From NCBI GenBank assembly GCA_002633005.1, contig NMRA01000021.1, forward strand, positions 1,625,146 to 1,689,145: a stretch of 64,000 nt of DNA. The letters are read 5' to 3'. Origin of the DNA: Phoronis australis. Taxonomy: Eukaryota > Animalia > Phoronida. The translations under genes were made by a program, and so were the position numbers. Of this stretch, positions 60,451 to 64,000 are shown piece after piece. The first letter of the stretch is position 1, and every line of letters starts with the position of its first letter. Under the pieces are notes generated by a model. That model made no database searches. It was not told where the DNA came from and saw nothing but the letters and a program-made list of their open reading frames with translations.

Positions 60451-63400
60451 GTCATTTTCAAAAGACGAGCAGAGCACACGAAAACCTGCAGTAGTTTGAG
60501 TACATTAATCTGTTCGACACGCACTACGTACACAATCGAGCCTGGTGTATCCTATTGTATTTCATTATCATTTCCTGTCCAATAAAAGTAATGCGGCTGA
60601 AGCTGAAGTAAAAATCGGATATTGCACTTTCTTAATGAAGAGATGACATCAAATGTTTTCTATTACCTTCCAGTCTTTCGTTTCCAGAACTTCAAAATCG
60701 CCGTTGTCATACTTCCGCAAGTTCCAATTATTATTATTCCTCACGAAGTTTGACACGCTATGGTGACTGTGCGGCACCGAAAATGTCGAAGAAATAGTTG
60801 AAGCCGCAGCCATCTGAGTTGCCACATTACTACACACATTAGTTACCGTTGGTGCCGTATGTACATTAGTGATTGCTGTTAGCACATTGTTGGTGCACGT
60901 CGAAGATACCGCCATGGACGAAGACACCGCAGATGATACTATAATGAATGAATTATCAAAGCGAAAATAATAGTAACCTGTTTTTATTATCAATGTCTAT
61001 TAAGTAAATTTTGACACGATAGATGCCCTACAATCGTTAGTTTGTTTTGTAAATATTCCTTGTAAAAGGTTATCTTTTCAAAAAAACACTTTTGAAATGA
61101 CCGTGTCTACACCCATATCATTTTAAAGTATGATCTTTAAATCCTACCTCAATATTAAAGTGAATGATTATACAGGTACACTGCCATTGACAATGGCAAA
61201 TATTACAAAAGTAACAGGTCGACTGCAGACTGTTGCTATTTCAGAGTAATATGCTTTAATTGTGGCCCAACCGTTACAATAGTCTACTGCCGAAAGGTGT
61301 CGTTGCAACTGAAACACTACCAGACACACTTGCAAGCATCTTATCAGGGTGGTTTAAAAAGAAGTGAGGTGCACTGCCGATTGCTGCTGTTGCAGTTGTC
61401 ACTGTACTGTTTGTCACAGGTGTGAGTCCATTAGCACTCCATACAGGAATAGTGGACTGGAAAAAAAAATTAAGCAGTTATCAATAAGAATAGTATTGTT
61501 TAATTAAAAAACGACATCAAACATGTGTCATATGACAGAACAAGTTGTGTTCACGACCGCTTATCGTTATGAAGTAGGTTTTACATTGTTAGGCCTAATA
61601 TCTGGACTGACAGGCGTTCAAGCGAAGTTCATAAAAGTTCAGACCACGATGTCAGCCATCTGAAATTTTACGAGCTTAACCTTAAGAAACCCCAAGGAAG
61701 GAATACATAAGTACGTGATTATACCAGCAATCGATCTAAATTAAACTATTTTTGACGGAAGGCAGCTTTCATTAATTTAATGAGTTTCTTGCCGTTAGAG
61801 ATTTATTTAGGTCATTGATTAATGTATTCGCTAATTACCGTAATATAACGATACTGCTTTTTTGCATTCGAAAGTGAAAAAAGATGAAAATGGAGCCAAA
61901 TTTCATTTGTATGATTAATTGTTACTAATTTCTAACAACGTTCATTTAAACGTGGGTCTTTTCAATCAAAAGTATGCCAATTACCCATCGATCGAGTCTC
62001 TCAATTTTCATGGCATGTGATATCGTTATAGGACAATCCAAATCAAAGATACGGAAAATCCCCAAACTTAACAACATTTGACTGCATGATTTCGTTATCA
62101 TAATTTAAGGCAAACGCTGAAACAATACTAGAGTTGACCTGAGGTTAGCATGAGCACCAGGTGATGTAGCATCAACTCTGTGTTAGAATCAACCGACATA
62201 ACAAGACAATGAAGTTTACGTTGCAGTTTGCGAATTATTTTGTTACATATTTCAGCAATAGTCGGTACAAATCTTCAATGACACGATCTAAAGCCTTCTG
62301 TGAAGAGAGTACGGAAAGTGGCAAATCTTCCTCAAAACATTCGTTTTAAGGAATGAAAGTGGTCTTTCGATGTGTACATACCGTAAAACATGTCTGAAGA
62401 GCGCATTACTGATAGGTCTAAAGTGGATGAATGTGCACATAATAAGAATAATAGTAATAGAATGTAAAACAAAATGTTGAGAACGAATTTATATACTCAC
62501 GAGAGTTTTTCCGTGAATAGCAGTTTTAAGTGGTGATTGCGGCATAAATAAGGTGGGCATGTTACCCTCTATAATTCTCCTTGTAAAACTGTCATCTTAA
62601 ATAAAGCAAAGCAAACACTGACTTAATTTCTTAAAATGTTAAACATCGTGGAATTGACCATAAAACCAATTAACATTGAATTATCTGAAACAGGCATCCA
62701 CGACCCTACACAAAACCATTAGCATTTCTATAAATGTTTTACTAGGCTGACATCGCAATGTCTCGTTCATGTAACTTGGAATATAGTGGGGAATAACACA
62801 AACATGAAAAACGCAGAAATGATGCCATATACTGGAAAATCCACATAGCAAGTTCCTTTCACGCAAGGATGTCGCGAAGGAAAGTACTACTATCACGTGT
62901 TTCACTTGTAACGCGATGGTACATGTCACGAGTTTTTCTGTGACTTTTCGCGAGGTTGCGTTAGCAGAACCTATCCAATAGTTCAGAAGGACAATACTTA
63001 GTATCCGTTACGCACGGGACCTTTTTGTTACATTAGGAGTAGGAGTGGTTCATATTATGTGGAGGTGGTGTAGGACTTTACAAAACCGGCTGAAGAAATA
63101 TGGTTTTGTCATCAATGTACGTTTGAAAGACGTAAGGTTTGGAAATACTTTTGAAATAGTAGGAATTAGGGTAGATTTAAAAAAACAACATTTGTCTGCT
63201 TACAAAAATGTAACATTGAAGCATAAAAACAACCTTCATACCCCTTTGATATCCCTGTTCCATGTTTGTAAAGAAGTTGAAACTCGGGTTATAGTCGGTG
63301 GGCCAAATCTCATAGCGTTCACCCTTGTGAGTACTTTGGGGGGGCAACCTAGTTTTTTCTATGTGGCTAGATAATATAACTAAAAATCAAATTCCAAAAA

Positions 63401-63549
63401 GTTCCCACGTCTACACTTGCACATTTTTTTAAAAAAAGGTGTTTTTGTTGCACAAAATATGATGCATATTCCTGCCACTTGATGGCGCTTTTCTAGTGAA
63501 TTGACCAATCAGAGAGCCAGATTGTATTGTTGTGCTTAGTTACTTCAAT

Positions 63550-63900
63550 ATGGCTGCTCCCATGGAATGTGATGTCTGTATAATTCAAGGTTTATCAAAC
63601 AGCACAAAATTGTGATGTCAGAGCCTAAAGAAGCTTAGGAAAGCTTCCTGACGAAAGCTGATTGACTGTGGAACTCTGTAGATCAGTAGATCAAAAAGAA
63701 GAAGAGGTGTCACAAACGTTTGTGCAGAAAACAGCTGCATGCCCTGGTAGCCTACACAGTATACTGCTGAGTGCTATAGACTAGAATACCAAGTGTCAGA
63801 CCAGAAAATTGAAAGGACATAGAACGGCATAGCAACGTTTCAAGGCACCAACAGTAGTACTAAAGCTGAAGTTGCTGAAAGTGATACAGATGTTATCCAA
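63550..63900 (+). mobile_element. Possible decayed DNA transposase N-terminus (Academ-like), running off the window
   Basis: aatATGGCTGCTCCCATG start followed by broken frames with CDVCII, W...DQKEEEVS and ECYR...DQKIER; motif resemblance only. Confidence 0.3.
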
Positions 63901-64000
63901 GATTTCCCAAGAAAATCAATCACTTCCAAAATCTGAAACACCCAATTAACCTGAACAAGATAGGAACATTCTGAAACATGAGTGCATCATTTGTTAGCAG

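Noticed and set aside
1-64000. Prokaryotic systems (operons, CRISPR arrays, defence islands) and the many 60-150 aa ORFs in the track
   Set aside because: The DNA is eukaryotic (spliceosomal introns, LINEs, microsatellites); no regularly spaced repeat-spacer array was seen; most short ORFs start at TTG/GTG and have no recognisable motifs.

Overview
Eukaryotic, AT-rich, repeat-dense genomic DNA; the gene and transposon repertoire suggests a marine invertebrate. It is a scaffold with single-N contig joins at 13784, 18755, 37227 and 54029. Most ORFs in the supplied track are spurious. Real genes: (1) a complete six-exon selenoprotein W (SELENOW) gene on the minus strand that the ORF track cannot see, encoding 85 aa with a CxxU motif, an in-frame UGA at 16231-16233, and a SECIS at 11549-11621 in a separate 3'UTR exon; (2) two intact, intronless, tandem class A orphan GPCR paralogues (29832-30818 and 34338-35327). 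A third GPCR paralogue was destroyed in a reconstructable series of events: a Kolobok-type element in its TATA-like box, a 5'-truncated LINE at codon ~16, and a near-full-length 2A-peptide-bearing LINE inside that LINE. The rest of its body was replaced, at a 3-bp microhomology, by a copy of SELENOW exon 1 plus part of intron 1. SELENOW therefore has three intact first exons in this window, two of which may be allelic or mis-assembled. Other content includes Gypsy, Academ-like, hAT, L1/Tx1-like and Kolobok remnants (including a P2X7-ballast-like KolX gene), tRNA-derived SINEs, palindromic MITEs, and an inverted pair of Penelope-type minimal hammerhead ribozyme motifs. All calls were made by eye, without database searches.
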